Shown here: positions 19,754 through 27,518 of the stretch, in pieces | How the letters are laid out: each line of letters begins with the position of its first letter | How positions within the stretch are numbered: the stretch's first letter is position 1 | Assembly: GCA_020047915.1 (NCBI GenBank) | Contig: JAIFND010000026.1 | Location: 12,893-76,892, forward strand | Reading direction: 5' to 3' | DNA: 64,000 bases | Source: a bacterium | GTDB taxonomy: Bacteria > Planctomycetota > UBA11346 | Notes under the pieces: model-generated | The model's input: the letters and a program-made list of their open reading frames with translations, nothing else | What the model was told of the DNA's origin: nothing | Databases searched by the model: none | Position numbers and translations under genes: made by a program

Positions 19754-20254
19754 TTACCTTTTCGCCAACCACGACCGGAAGTTGGCCTTGGCGCCGGGGG
19801 ACGACAGCCCGCCGGCCCGCCACTGGTTGAGAATGAATTCCCCTCCCTGCGCCTTGCCGGACCCCAGGTCGGTCTCGAACTCCTCGCGTAGGTTCCGGCG
19901 CTCTTCTTCCGGCAGCGCCTCGTAGCGCGCCCAAGCGGCGTCCCGCGCTTCCTGGTCGAGCCGCGCGCGGTCGCGCTCCTTCGCCTCCTTCGCCCTGCGC
20001 TCCGTCTCGGCCGCCTCGCGCTTCCGTTCCAATTCCGAGGCTTCCGCCGCGAGCGATCCCGTCTTGGGCCGCCAGTCGACCTCGATGGCCTTGCGGGCGA
20101 AGGCCGCGGCATTGATCACTGGGTTCCCGGACACGGCCGCCTCTCGGTCCCGCGCCTCCACCACCTCCAGCACCTCGCGGACGTAGGCGGAAGGGGAGGG
20201 AAAATCGTCCGTCCGGGAAAGGAGGCGTTGCCGACCGCCGCGAAAGGGCAACAT
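19754..20254 (-). CDS. Stand-alone protein homologous to the C-terminal domain of the Rep_3 initiator encoded at 36833..38122
   Basis: Shared block EAKERDRARLDQEARDAAWARYEAL...FETDLGSGKAQGGEFILNQWRAGGL...FRSWLA, against AAAEARAKEAAWARYEAL...FTRDLEAGKAVGGPFVLRQWQASGL...FRIWLA in Rep. Confidence 0.45.
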   Translation of the reverse strand: MLPFRGGRQRLLSRTDDFPSPSAYVREVLEVVEARDREAAVSGNPVINAAAFARKAIEVDWRPKTGSLAAEASELERKREAAETERRAKEAKERDRARLDQEARDAAWARYEALPEEERRNLREEFETDLGSGKAQGGEFILNQWRAGGLSSPGAKANFRSWLAKR

Positions 20255-20405
20255 CGGGCCGCGGAGGGGCGATATGAATTTGGCATCGACGGCATGACGA
20301 ACGTGGCTGACGCCTATGCCATAGTCGCCATGACCGCGGCCCTCCTGCGGAAACTCGCGGCGCCATCTCCGCCGTTATGATCCCCGCGGCCGATCCTTCC
20401 CAGGG

Positions 20406-21062
20406 TTAGAATTCCCGGAACAGGTCAGCCGGGGTTTCCCCACGAATTCCGCTGTCCGGCGTCGTCCACACCAACGTGCGGTTCGCGGCCTGCAATCGCG
20501 CGATGAGATGTTCGATCGCGTCGGGGGAATCGGCCGTGAACAGGTAGAGCTTCCGGAGCGTCTTGGCGCGCGGGCGCTTTCCCTTGGGCAACCGCTTCAA
20601 CCCGAGCAGGACCGTCTTGTGCGCTTCGTCGACGACATGGCCCAGGTCGTGGCGTACGTGCGGCCAGATCGCCCGCAGCGTCCCGATCTTATCGCGCAGT
20701 GGGACGCTCTCAGGGATGGCGGCGTTCAGCTCCGCCAGCATGCGTCGGAGGTCGAGCGGGCCGCCGCCGCCGTCCCTGGCGTCCAGCTGGAGCTCCCGGA
20801 CGACGTCCTCGGCGTTTCCCCCGTCGAGGTGGACCTTGAAATCGCCGCCGCGGTGCGAGCCGTACATCTTCAGTTTCAGGATGCGCACCGTGTTCATGAG
20901 GAACAGGTACAGCATGTCCTTGGCGTCGGCGTCCTCCTCCGAGAAGAATACCATGAAGACGAAGCGACCGCGACCGTTCCTCACCTCGAAGACCAGGGTC
21001 GGATCGCGCCTGAGGTAGGCTTCCCGGTACGCTGCCGTCATGCCGGTGAAGTTGAATTCCAT
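20406..21062 (-). CDS. Hypothetical protein of 218 aa
   Basis: Diverse composition; no recognisable motif. Lies next to the RHH/ATPase pair. Confidence 0.4.
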   Translation of the reverse strand: MEFNFTGMTAAYREAYLRRDPTLVFEVRNGRGRFVFMVFFSEEDADAKDMLYLFLMNTVRILKLKMYGSHRGGDFKVHLDGGNAEDVVRELQLDARDGGGGPLDLRRMLAELNAAIPESVPLRDKIGTLRAIWPHVRHDLGHVVDEAHKTVLLGLKRLPKGKRPRAKTLRKLYLFTADSPDAIEHLIARLQAANRTLVWTTPDSGIRGETPADLFREF

Positions 21063-21249
21063 CTCGCGGCCCTCCTAGCGTTGGGTGGCGAACCTATGCG
21101 GCGACAACGATCGCGCCAGGCATCACGGCTTTGGCGTTCATGGCGCGGTCGGATTCGCTGGCTCTCCGCTTACGCTAGCCGCAACGATTGCCGTCATCAC
21201 CTCCGCGACGCGCTCCAACCGGTCCGCCGACCGCACGGCCCGGTAGCTC

Positions 21250-21735
21250 ACCCCCAACTGGCGCAGCAGTCCCTCGACGCGCCTCTGGATCTCCTCCTGG
21301 TAGGATTCGTCGGTGGAGCGGGGATCCCGTCACCGACCAGGGGGAACGCCTTCTGCACGAGGAAGACGTGCGTGTACGGGCCCATGGACAGGTGGCCCGC
21401 CGCCTGTGCCAGCAGCGCGTCGTAGTTGGGCAGGCCCTGCGCGTAGGCGAGGTTGTCCACGGCGCAGCGGTCCGCGAGGAACCCGCCCGCCCGGTGGGCG
21501 CCTTCCAGCGCCAGCGTCCGCCGCAGGATTTCCTCCTGGAACACGGCCTTGCGCGCCGGGGCCATGTCCTTCGGCGCCTGGCCCCATTCCCGGATGATCT
21601 CGGTGGCCTGCTCGGGGATGACGGCCAGGTGCGGCATCCGGGCGGCCAGGCCGGCCAGCAGCGTCGACTTCCCGGTGCCTTGGGCGCCGACGAGGGCGAT
21701 CCGCAAGGGGAGGGGCGCCCGTTCCTGATCAATCA
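21250..21735 (-). CDS. Small P-loop ATPase, AAA_28/NadR-kinase-like
   Basis: Walker A LVGAQGTGKSTLLAGLA, followed by AVIPEQATEIIREWGQ and FLADRCAVDNLAYAQ. A GTG start overlaps the upstream small ORF's stop in a GTGA arrangement. Confidence 0.5.
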
Positions 21736-21933
21736 CGGCGTCGAGTTCCCGCCCTCGGTGGTCACGACGTCGGACGCGGGCGCGGCGACGATGGTGATCC
21801 GCCCGGCGACGTATCCCGCGAGCAGCATCCGGACGGCGCTGGCGAGCGACAACCCGTCGGCCGCGGCCTTCGTGGCGGCGCTGCGCCGCATCTGAAGCGG
21901 GATCGAGAAGGACGTTCGCCAGACGGTAGGCAT
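21733..21933 (-). CDS. Small protein of 66 aa, possibly ribbon-helix-helix, coupled to the ATPase
   Basis: Position and GTGA overlap only. Weak. Confidence 0.25.
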   Translation of the reverse strand: MPTVWRTSFSIPLQMRRSAATKAAADGLSLASAVRMLLAGYVAGRITIVAAPASDVVTTEGGNSTP

Positions 21934-22013
21934 GGCTGTTTCTTATGGCGTAAGCGTATCGAAAAATGGCCATCCGCGCAAGCCGGACCCCGACGGCGCA
22001 GAGCCGCCGGTTC

Positions 22014-22970
22014 CTAGGGTGCGATCAGCTTGGCGGCGTCCCCGCCGGCGTCCTCGCGGTTGTCGTCGTAGTACCGCAGCACGTTGGCGGAGCGCAGCCG
22101 GCCGAACCGCTGGGCCTTGCGGTAGTCGCCGCGGGTAACGTCCAGGACGTCGGTGATGGCTGCGTGGCGCAGGCCGTGCGGACGCGCCCGCTGGCCTGTC
22201 TGGTCGCCGAGGCGCGACACGAGGTCCTCGACCGCCTCGTCGGTCAACGGCAGGGGAGGGACGCCGCGCGGCCGGCCCTTGTCGAGGCGGAAGAACAGTG
22301 GGCCGGGCTCCTGGCCGCGCAGCGCGATCCACGCCCGAATCGCGCGCAGGGTCGCCGGGGGGATGGTTGCCCATTCCCGTTCCTGGCGGTGCTTGCCCAA
22401 GACGTTGAGGCGTCCCTTGTCGAGGTCGACGTCATCCGGGTAGCGCAGTCCGACGGCTTCGCTCCGGCGCAGGGCGCGGCCGTACAGCAGCCACAGCAGG
22501 GCGAGGTTGCGGGACCGCAGGGGCTCGCGCTGCTGCTCGGCCTCATGCACGAGGCGCAGGAATCCGTCGCGCCCGGGGCCGCGGGTGTCCTTGAACGGGA
22601 CCGGCTTCGGCGTCGGGAGTTCCAGGACCCAGGTGACCATGCCGATGATCCGGGCCGCCTTGGCGAGGCTCTTGAGGGCCGCGATGCGGCGGCAGCAGGT
22701 CGCCGGGGCCAGCCCGCGTTCCTGGAGGTGTTCCAGGTAGCCGAGCGCGGCCTGGTGGGCGCTACCGGAGTCCATGGCCAGGAACCGCGCCACGGCCTCC
22801 TCGGGGCCGAGCCCGAGCCAGGTGGCGAAATCGGCGAGATCGCCGGCGTAGGACCTGAGCGTGCTGCCGTTCTTGCTGGATCGCCAGGCGTCGATCACTG
22901 AGGACGCGTCGAGCCGACGCGGCGCGACCGGGAAGGGCGCTGGCGGGACGACGGGGTCTAAGTCGTTCAA
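22014..22970 (-). CDS. Tyrosine recombinase / phage-type integrase
   Basis: 318 aa. HGLRHAAITDVL (H-x-x-R) and LRYYDD (catalytic Tyr), with RALRRSEAVGLR as box I. An AT-rich upstream region follows at 22971-23097. Confidence 0.85.
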   Translation of the reverse strand: MNDLDPVVPPAPFPVAPRRLDASSVIDAWRSSKNGSTLRSYAGDLADFATWLGLGPEEAVARFLAMDSGSAHQAALGYLEHLQERGLAPATCCRRIAALKSLAKAARIIGMVTWVLELPTPKPVPFKDTRGPGRDGFLRLVHEAEQQREPLRSRNLALLWLLYGRALRRSEAVGLRYPDDVDLDKGRLNVLGKHRQEREWATIPPATLRAIRAWIALRGQEPGPLFFRLDKGRPRGVPPLPLTDEAVEDLVSRLGDQTGQRARPHGLRHAAITDVLDVTRGDYRKAQRFGRLRSANVLRYYDDNREDAGGDAAKLIAP

Positions 22971-23097
22971 ATGTCGGTATTTAAGACGAATTCACGGTAC
23001 GGATAATTGAACTTTAGACAACCATAGTGACGAGGGGAGGGGTTCTAGGCCATTCTGATTCTATATGATTGCATTATGATATACACAACGTATCAGT

Positions 23098-23898
23098 ATG
23101 GCCATGAGCGCCTCGCCGTCCAACATGGTTGTCCGATCCTTTCCCGTCGACGCGCACGAATCGTTGAAGGAGCAGGCCCGACAGCGCGGGCTCAGTCTCC
23201 AACAGCACCTGACCGACATCCTCGTCGCCGCGTCGCGGAGCCGGTCCAGGCCGGCGGCGGTGACCGAGGCCGAAATGCGGGCGCACGTCGGTGGACTCGT
23301 CCGGGAGGTCGCCGTGCGCGTCGGCGCCGTCCCGGCGGCCGACGCCCCGATGTGCTCGACAGAGGAAGCCCGGGAGGCTGTCAGGGCCAGGAACGGTGGG
23401 GCGTACATGGCGATGCAGCAGCACCTCAACGCCTACCTCGCGTGGTGGAACCACCACCGCCTGGCCGCAGACACCGGCCAGGAGGCTGCCCCCGATCACG
23501 AGGATGAGCAACGCCGGCTCAACGAGCAGCGCGAACAGACCAAGGCCATGCTCCTTAGCGCGGTCAGGGCCGCCGAGTCCAAGCGCCACGCCGCGATATT
23601 CCGCGATTCGTCGCTCCGCGAGAAATTCGACGAGGAGCACGTCGAAACGATCCTCGCCATCACGGAGGCCATCTCCGGCAAGAACGGCGCCGTCCTCCAG
23701 GCTCACGGGAAGGACGGCTGGGGCATCACCGTCGGCGCCATGCACCGAGCGACAGAGAGCGGCTATGCAAACACGTTCGATTCGCCGTCGCCCTATGATG
23801 ACACCTTCGTCCATAACCCGGAGACAGCGGCAAAAATATTCGTCGACGCGGTTGGCGCGGCTTCAGCGCGGCGGGCCCTACGCAAAAAGGGGCTGTAA
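23098..23898 (+). CDS. Hypothetical protein with an N-terminal ribbon-helix-helix-like segment
   Basis: The N-terminus MVVRSFPVDAHESLKEQARQRGLSLQQHLTDILVAAS resembles Arc/MetJ or antitoxin RHH domains. The remaining roughly 220 aa are unassigned. Confidence 0.4.
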   Translation: MAMSASPSNMVVRSFPVDAHESLKEQARQRGLSLQQHLTDILVAASRSRSRPAAVTEAEMRAHVGGLVREVAVRVGAVPAADAPMCSTEEAREAVRARNGGAYMAMQQHLNAYLAWWNHHRLAADTGQEAAPDHEDEQRRLNEQREQTKAMLLSAVRAAESKRHAAIFRDSSLREKFDEEHVETILAITEAISGKNGAVLQAHGKDGWGITVGAMHRATESGYANTFDSPSPYDDTFVHNPETAAKIFVDAVGAASARRALRKKGL

Positions 23899-23991
23899 AT
23901 GCCCCCGCGCTGCTCGATGCGGCTAACCACGACCAAACGTGATGGTTAACGCGTCCTAGATCACCACCAAAACCACGGGAGAGAACGAACC

Positions 23992-24282
23992 ATGAGTGCT
24001 TTCGGTAAAAGACTGCTTAAAAAAGCCATCGCAACCCCCGCCTTTTCAGGCCGGAAAATCTCGACGCTGCGCGACCGTGACTTTGTCCATCTCGCCTCTG
24101 CGGTGGAGACGGAGACGTTCGGCGCGCTCGCGGTGCTCGGTCAGCCGGTGATAACCACGCTTATCGCACCGGGTTTCATCCAACACCAGCTTATCGACGA
24201 GTCTTACATCATAATCGACGCCGATGTGCGGCCCAGTAGGCGCGACGGTTGGATGGTCTACGCGAGCAACGACCCGGTCTAA
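23992..24282 (+). CDS. Small hypothetical protein of 96 aa
   Basis: ORF only. Confidence 0.25.
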   Translation: MSAFGKRLLKKAIATPAFSGRKISTLRDRDFVHLASAVETETFGALAVLGQPVITTLIAPGFIQHQLIDESYIIIDADVRPSRRDGWMVYASNDPV

Positions 24283-24517
24283 CGTGGCTTCAAGCGGGCA
24301 TGTCCGCCTACCGCTCCTTGCGGACGCCCTTGAATGGCTTGGGGTCGGCCTTCTGGTCCATAAAGCGCCCGTTGTCGGCGTCGCGCTTGGTCCATCGCTC
24401 GTTGACGGGGTTGAAGGTCTGCGACCGCTTGGAGACGGCGCCCTCGCGGTGGCCGTCTCCCTTAGTGCCGTTGCGTGCCATGGTTGCTTCTCCTGCCGTT
24501 GTTGTGACGTCTTCTCT

Positions 24518-24784
24518 TCAGGCTGCCCGGTCGACGCTGACCGACGCTTCCACCCGCCCGCCCGCCGGGAGCACGACCAGGTGCCAGCGGCCGGCGTGCG
24601 GCGGACGCAGGGCGACGGGCGACTCGGTGGCGTGCCCGCCGAAGTAACGGTAACCGCGCCCGGCCCGGAACGCGTGGAAGTTGGCGTCGTCGACCAGGAA
24701 CACGTCGCTGCTGCATCCGCGCAGGACGACGCGCACCCCGTCGGCGGATCCGAGCCTCAGGTCGTAGTGGATGAAGTCGCCCAT
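24518..24784 (-). CDS. DUF1883-like small protein
   Basis: MGDFIHYDLRLGSADGVRVVLRGCSSDVFLVDDANFHAFRAGRGYRYFGGHATESPVALRPPHAGRWHLVV matches my memory of the DUF1883 family pattern (DDxNFqayk.G..fkYyGG.a..SPv.l..P..G.WHvV). Confidence 0.45.
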   Translation of the reverse strand: MGDFIHYDLRLGSADGVRVVLRGCSSDVFLVDDANFHAFRAGRGYRYFGGHATESPVALRPPHAGRWHLVVLPAGGRVEASVSVDRAA

Positions 24785-24804
24785 GTCGCCCCCTCTGCGG
24801 CCGT

Positions 24805-25044
24805 TCAGGCCGCGAACGCCTCTCGGACCTTGGCGACTGCGCCTTCCGGGCCGGAAACAGTGAATGACAGGCCCGAGATGGACGTGCCATGGATGTCGAC
24901 CGAAACCGCGTCTGCGTCATCGCCGGCCGCCCGAGCGACCATCCCCCGCACCCGGCCGACAACCGCCCCGTACGCGGCCGCCTCAAGGATGTCCCGGAAC
25001 GCCCGTTCCGTGAACGGCCTGCCGTTGACAGTTAGCTTCGCCAT
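24805..25044 (-). CDS. Small hypothetical protein, about 79 aa from its MAKLTVNGRPF start. The middle gene of a three-gene operon.
   Basis: Its start overlaps the upstream gene's stop. No recognised domain. Confidence 0.35.
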   Translation of the reverse strand: MAKLTVNGRPFTERAFRDILEAAAYGAVVGRVRGMVARAAGDDADAVSVDIHGTSISGLSFTVSGPEGAVAKVREAFAA

Positions 25045-25054
25045 GTGGATCCCC

Positions 25055-25576
25055 TCAGGCGGCCATGCGCCGGTAGAAGTTGCCACCGAAGGCCGTTTCC
25101 GCGGCGTACGCCGGCGGCCGGAGTCCCCGGAACACGCGGCCGTCGGTCGCCTCCATGAGGAACCCGCCGGACGCGTCCACGCCTTCTACCCAGGCGTGGC
25201 CGACCCCGTTGAGCGCGCCGGTGATCATGACGGCCGGCACGCGTTCGTGCTGGAAGACCGAGAGGGCCAGCATCGCGAAGTCCTCGCAGTCCCCGGCCCC
25301 ACGCCGGAGCGTATATCCCGGGGACTGCCAGATGTCGGCGCCGGGACGATCCGCCGCGTACGCCAAGGCCCCCGTCGCGAAGGCGCCTTTCAGCCAGGCC
25401 CCGACGCGCTCCGGGAAGGGCGTAAACCAGTCGGCGACGGTCGGTGCCCGGAACAGGACGTCGACTTCGTCGGGCCGCAGCAGGTCTTGGACGGCGGCGT
25501 AGCGGTCGCGGTGGTCGGCGCCGACCGACAGCGCGTTCCGGAACGCCGGCGGGGAGAAGAGGGACATGCGTTTCAC
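25055..25576 (-). CDS. Transglutaminase-like cysteine protease domain protein
   Basis: A Cys-His-Asp core: GAGDCEDFAMLALSVF (Cys), NGVGHAWVEG (His) and LMEATDG (Asp). Confidence 0.55.
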   Translation of the reverse strand: MKRMSLFSPPAFRNALSVGADHRDRYAAVQDLLRPDEVDVLFRAPTVADWFTPFPERVGAWLKGAFATGALAYAADRPGADIWQSPGYTLRRGAGDCEDFAMLALSVFQHERVPAVMITGALNGVGHAWVEGVDASGGFLMEATDGRVFRGLRPPAYAAETAFGGNFYRRMAA

Positions 25577-25632
25577 CTGGCCCCCATGGTGCCGCGCAAG
25601 GATAACTTGTCAAGCCTACGGATTACGTATCA

Positions 25633-26787
25633 ATGCATAGCGAGGACGCCGCCATGAACAAACCCGCCCTGTCCGTGAACCTGCTGGCGGAACGCCACCG
25701 CCTCGGTTGGTCGCAGGACGAGGCCGCCAAGCTGGCCAAGATCTCGCGCGTGGCCTACGCGAACCTCGAAGCGGGGAGGTCGGCCCCGCGCAGCGACACC
25801 CTGTACGCGCTCGCCGACGCGTTCGGCGTCGTCGTCGAGGAACTGCTCCAGGACCGCCCGACCTTGCGCAAGGTCAGGTTTCGGAGCGCCGGGACCCTCA
25901 AGTGCCGCGATCAGGTGATCGCCAGGACCGCGCGCTGGCTCGCCCGGTACAACGAACTGGAGGCCCTGCTCGACGCCCGTAAGGAATGGTGCATCCGCAA
26001 TCGCCCCAACGCTGGCGGCCGCGCGGGCGCCGCAGCCGCCGCGGAACAGGTCCGCGCGGATCTCGGCCTCAAGCCGAGCGAACCGATCCTCAACGTCGGC
26101 GGGCTTCTGGAGGAGCGCGTCGGGGCCAAGTTGCTGCTGGTCTCCATCGCGTCCGACGACTTCTTCGGACTCTCCGTCGGAGCCGCCGACGGAGGCCCCG
26201 CCATCGTCGTGAATAACTGGGAACGCATCAGCGTCGAGCGCTGGATCTTTTCCGCGTTCCACGAACTGGGACACTTGGTGCTCCACCTGGACCGCGCCTA
26301 TTCGGTCGACGAAACCGCGGAGGACCAGAGGCAGGAGGAGGAGGCCAACGCGTTCGCAGCGGCGTTCCTGATGCCTCAGGCCCAGTTCGACAAGGAATGG
26401 AGCAACGCCGCCGGCCTCCCCCTCGTTGAGCGGGTCCTGAGCATCAAGCGGATATTCAGGGTCAGCTACAAGACAGTCCTTATGCGGCTCAAGGAGCGCG
26501 CACCGGACATCTGGGGTCGGTTCAACGCGGATTACCTGCGCGTGGCCAAGCGGAGCCTGGGGAAGACGGACGAACCATGCGGCCTGGGCCGCGAAGCGTT
26601 CTGCTCGGTCCTCGCGGCCGACGAACCGCGGCACCTGGACGGCAACGACCTGTTGGATACGAGGCTCAAGACGCTGGTCCGCGGGGCGCTACGCGACGTG
26701 AAGATCTCCTTCGGATACGCGGCCGAGGCCTTGGAATTGGACGCCGACCGGATGCGCGAGTTGGCCAACATGTGGGTCGACGCCTAG
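25633..26787 (+). CDS. XRE-family HTH domain fused to an ImmA/IrrE-type zinc metallopeptidase (COG2856-like)
   Basis: The N-terminus LLAERHRLGWSQDEAAKLAKISRVAYANLEAGRSAP is an HTH_3 domain. The central motif is FSAFHELGHLVLH (HExxH). Confidence 0.75.
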   Translation: MHSEDAAMNKPALSVNLLAERHRLGWSQDEAAKLAKISRVAYANLEAGRSAPRSDTLYALADAFGVVVEELLQDRPTLRKVRFRSAGTLKCRDQVIARTARWLARYNELEALLDARKEWCIRNRPNAGGRAGAAAAAEQVRADLGLKPSEPILNVGGLLEERVGAKLLLVSIASDDFFGLSVGAADGGPAIVVNNWERISVERWIFSAFHELGHLVLHLDRAYSVDETAEDQRQEEEANAFAAAFLMPQAQFDKEWSNAAGLPLVERVLSIKRIFRVSYKTVLMRLKERAPDIWGRFNADYLRVAKRSLGKTDEPCGLGREAFCSVLAADEPRHLDGNDLLDTRLKTLVRGALRDVKISFGYAAEALELDADRMRELANMWVDA

Positions 26788-27291
26788 ATGACCGCGACCG
26801 GCCCCGTCTTCGTCGTCGACGCCAACGTGCTCATCGACTACGTCGAAGCCGATCCGTCCATGCTCGCGCTCATGGCCCGATGCGTCGGCCCCATCCACGT
26901 CCCGAGGCGCGTCTTGCGTGGGATCCTCCGTTGGGGCGAATCCGACTGCGAGGCACACGGCCTGTCCGTGGTCACCGAGGAGATGGATGAACTGACCGCC
27001 GCGGCGGCTCCGTTGGCTGGGCTGTCGTTCCCTGACCGACTCGTCATGGCCGTCGCCATAAGGCGCACGTGGTCGGTCGTCACCAACGACGGGCGCATGC
27101 GCACCGCGCTGGAGTCCAAGAACGTGCCGCGGCGGTGGGGACTGGACGTGATGTTGGACCTGGTTCGGGGAGGCCACCTGCCGCGGCTTCATGCGATCGG
27201 CGTCGCGGAACGCATTTGCGCGTCCAATAGGACGCTCCGCCCGTCCGTGCTCTCCGAATTCCGCAAGAAAGCCGCGCCGCGAGGGAAATGA
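26788..27291 (+). CDS. PIN-domain protein; its start overlaps the stop of the HTH-peptidase gene
   Basis: VFVVDANVLIDY, with acidic residues at SFPDRL and VVTNDGR. A TAGATGA junction links it to the upstream gene. Confidence 0.6.
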   Translation: MTATGPVFVVDANVLIDYVEADPSMLALMARCVGPIHVPRRVLRGILRWGESDCEAHGLSVVTEEMDELTAAAAPLAGLSFPDRLVMAVAIRRTWSVVTNDGRMRTALESKNVPRRWGLDVMLDLVRGGHLPRLHAIGVAERICASNRTLRPSVLSEFRKKAAPRGK

Positions 27292-27518
27292 CGGATTCGT
27301 GCCCGTTCTGGCCGGACCTGCTTGGCGAGGTAGAATACGTCCTGCCGCTGCCGGCCACCGCGCGTCGACCCCGTCCCGGCGAGGCGAATTTCAGAGCCTT
27401 CCAGCGGCACCGAGACTCGGCCGATGACCTGCGACTCGACGAACTCGCCGAGGGCCGCGCTTACCTCGTCAGTTGCCGCACGCGTACATCGGGAGCGCGG
27501 CCGGGATGGTCCGATGCC

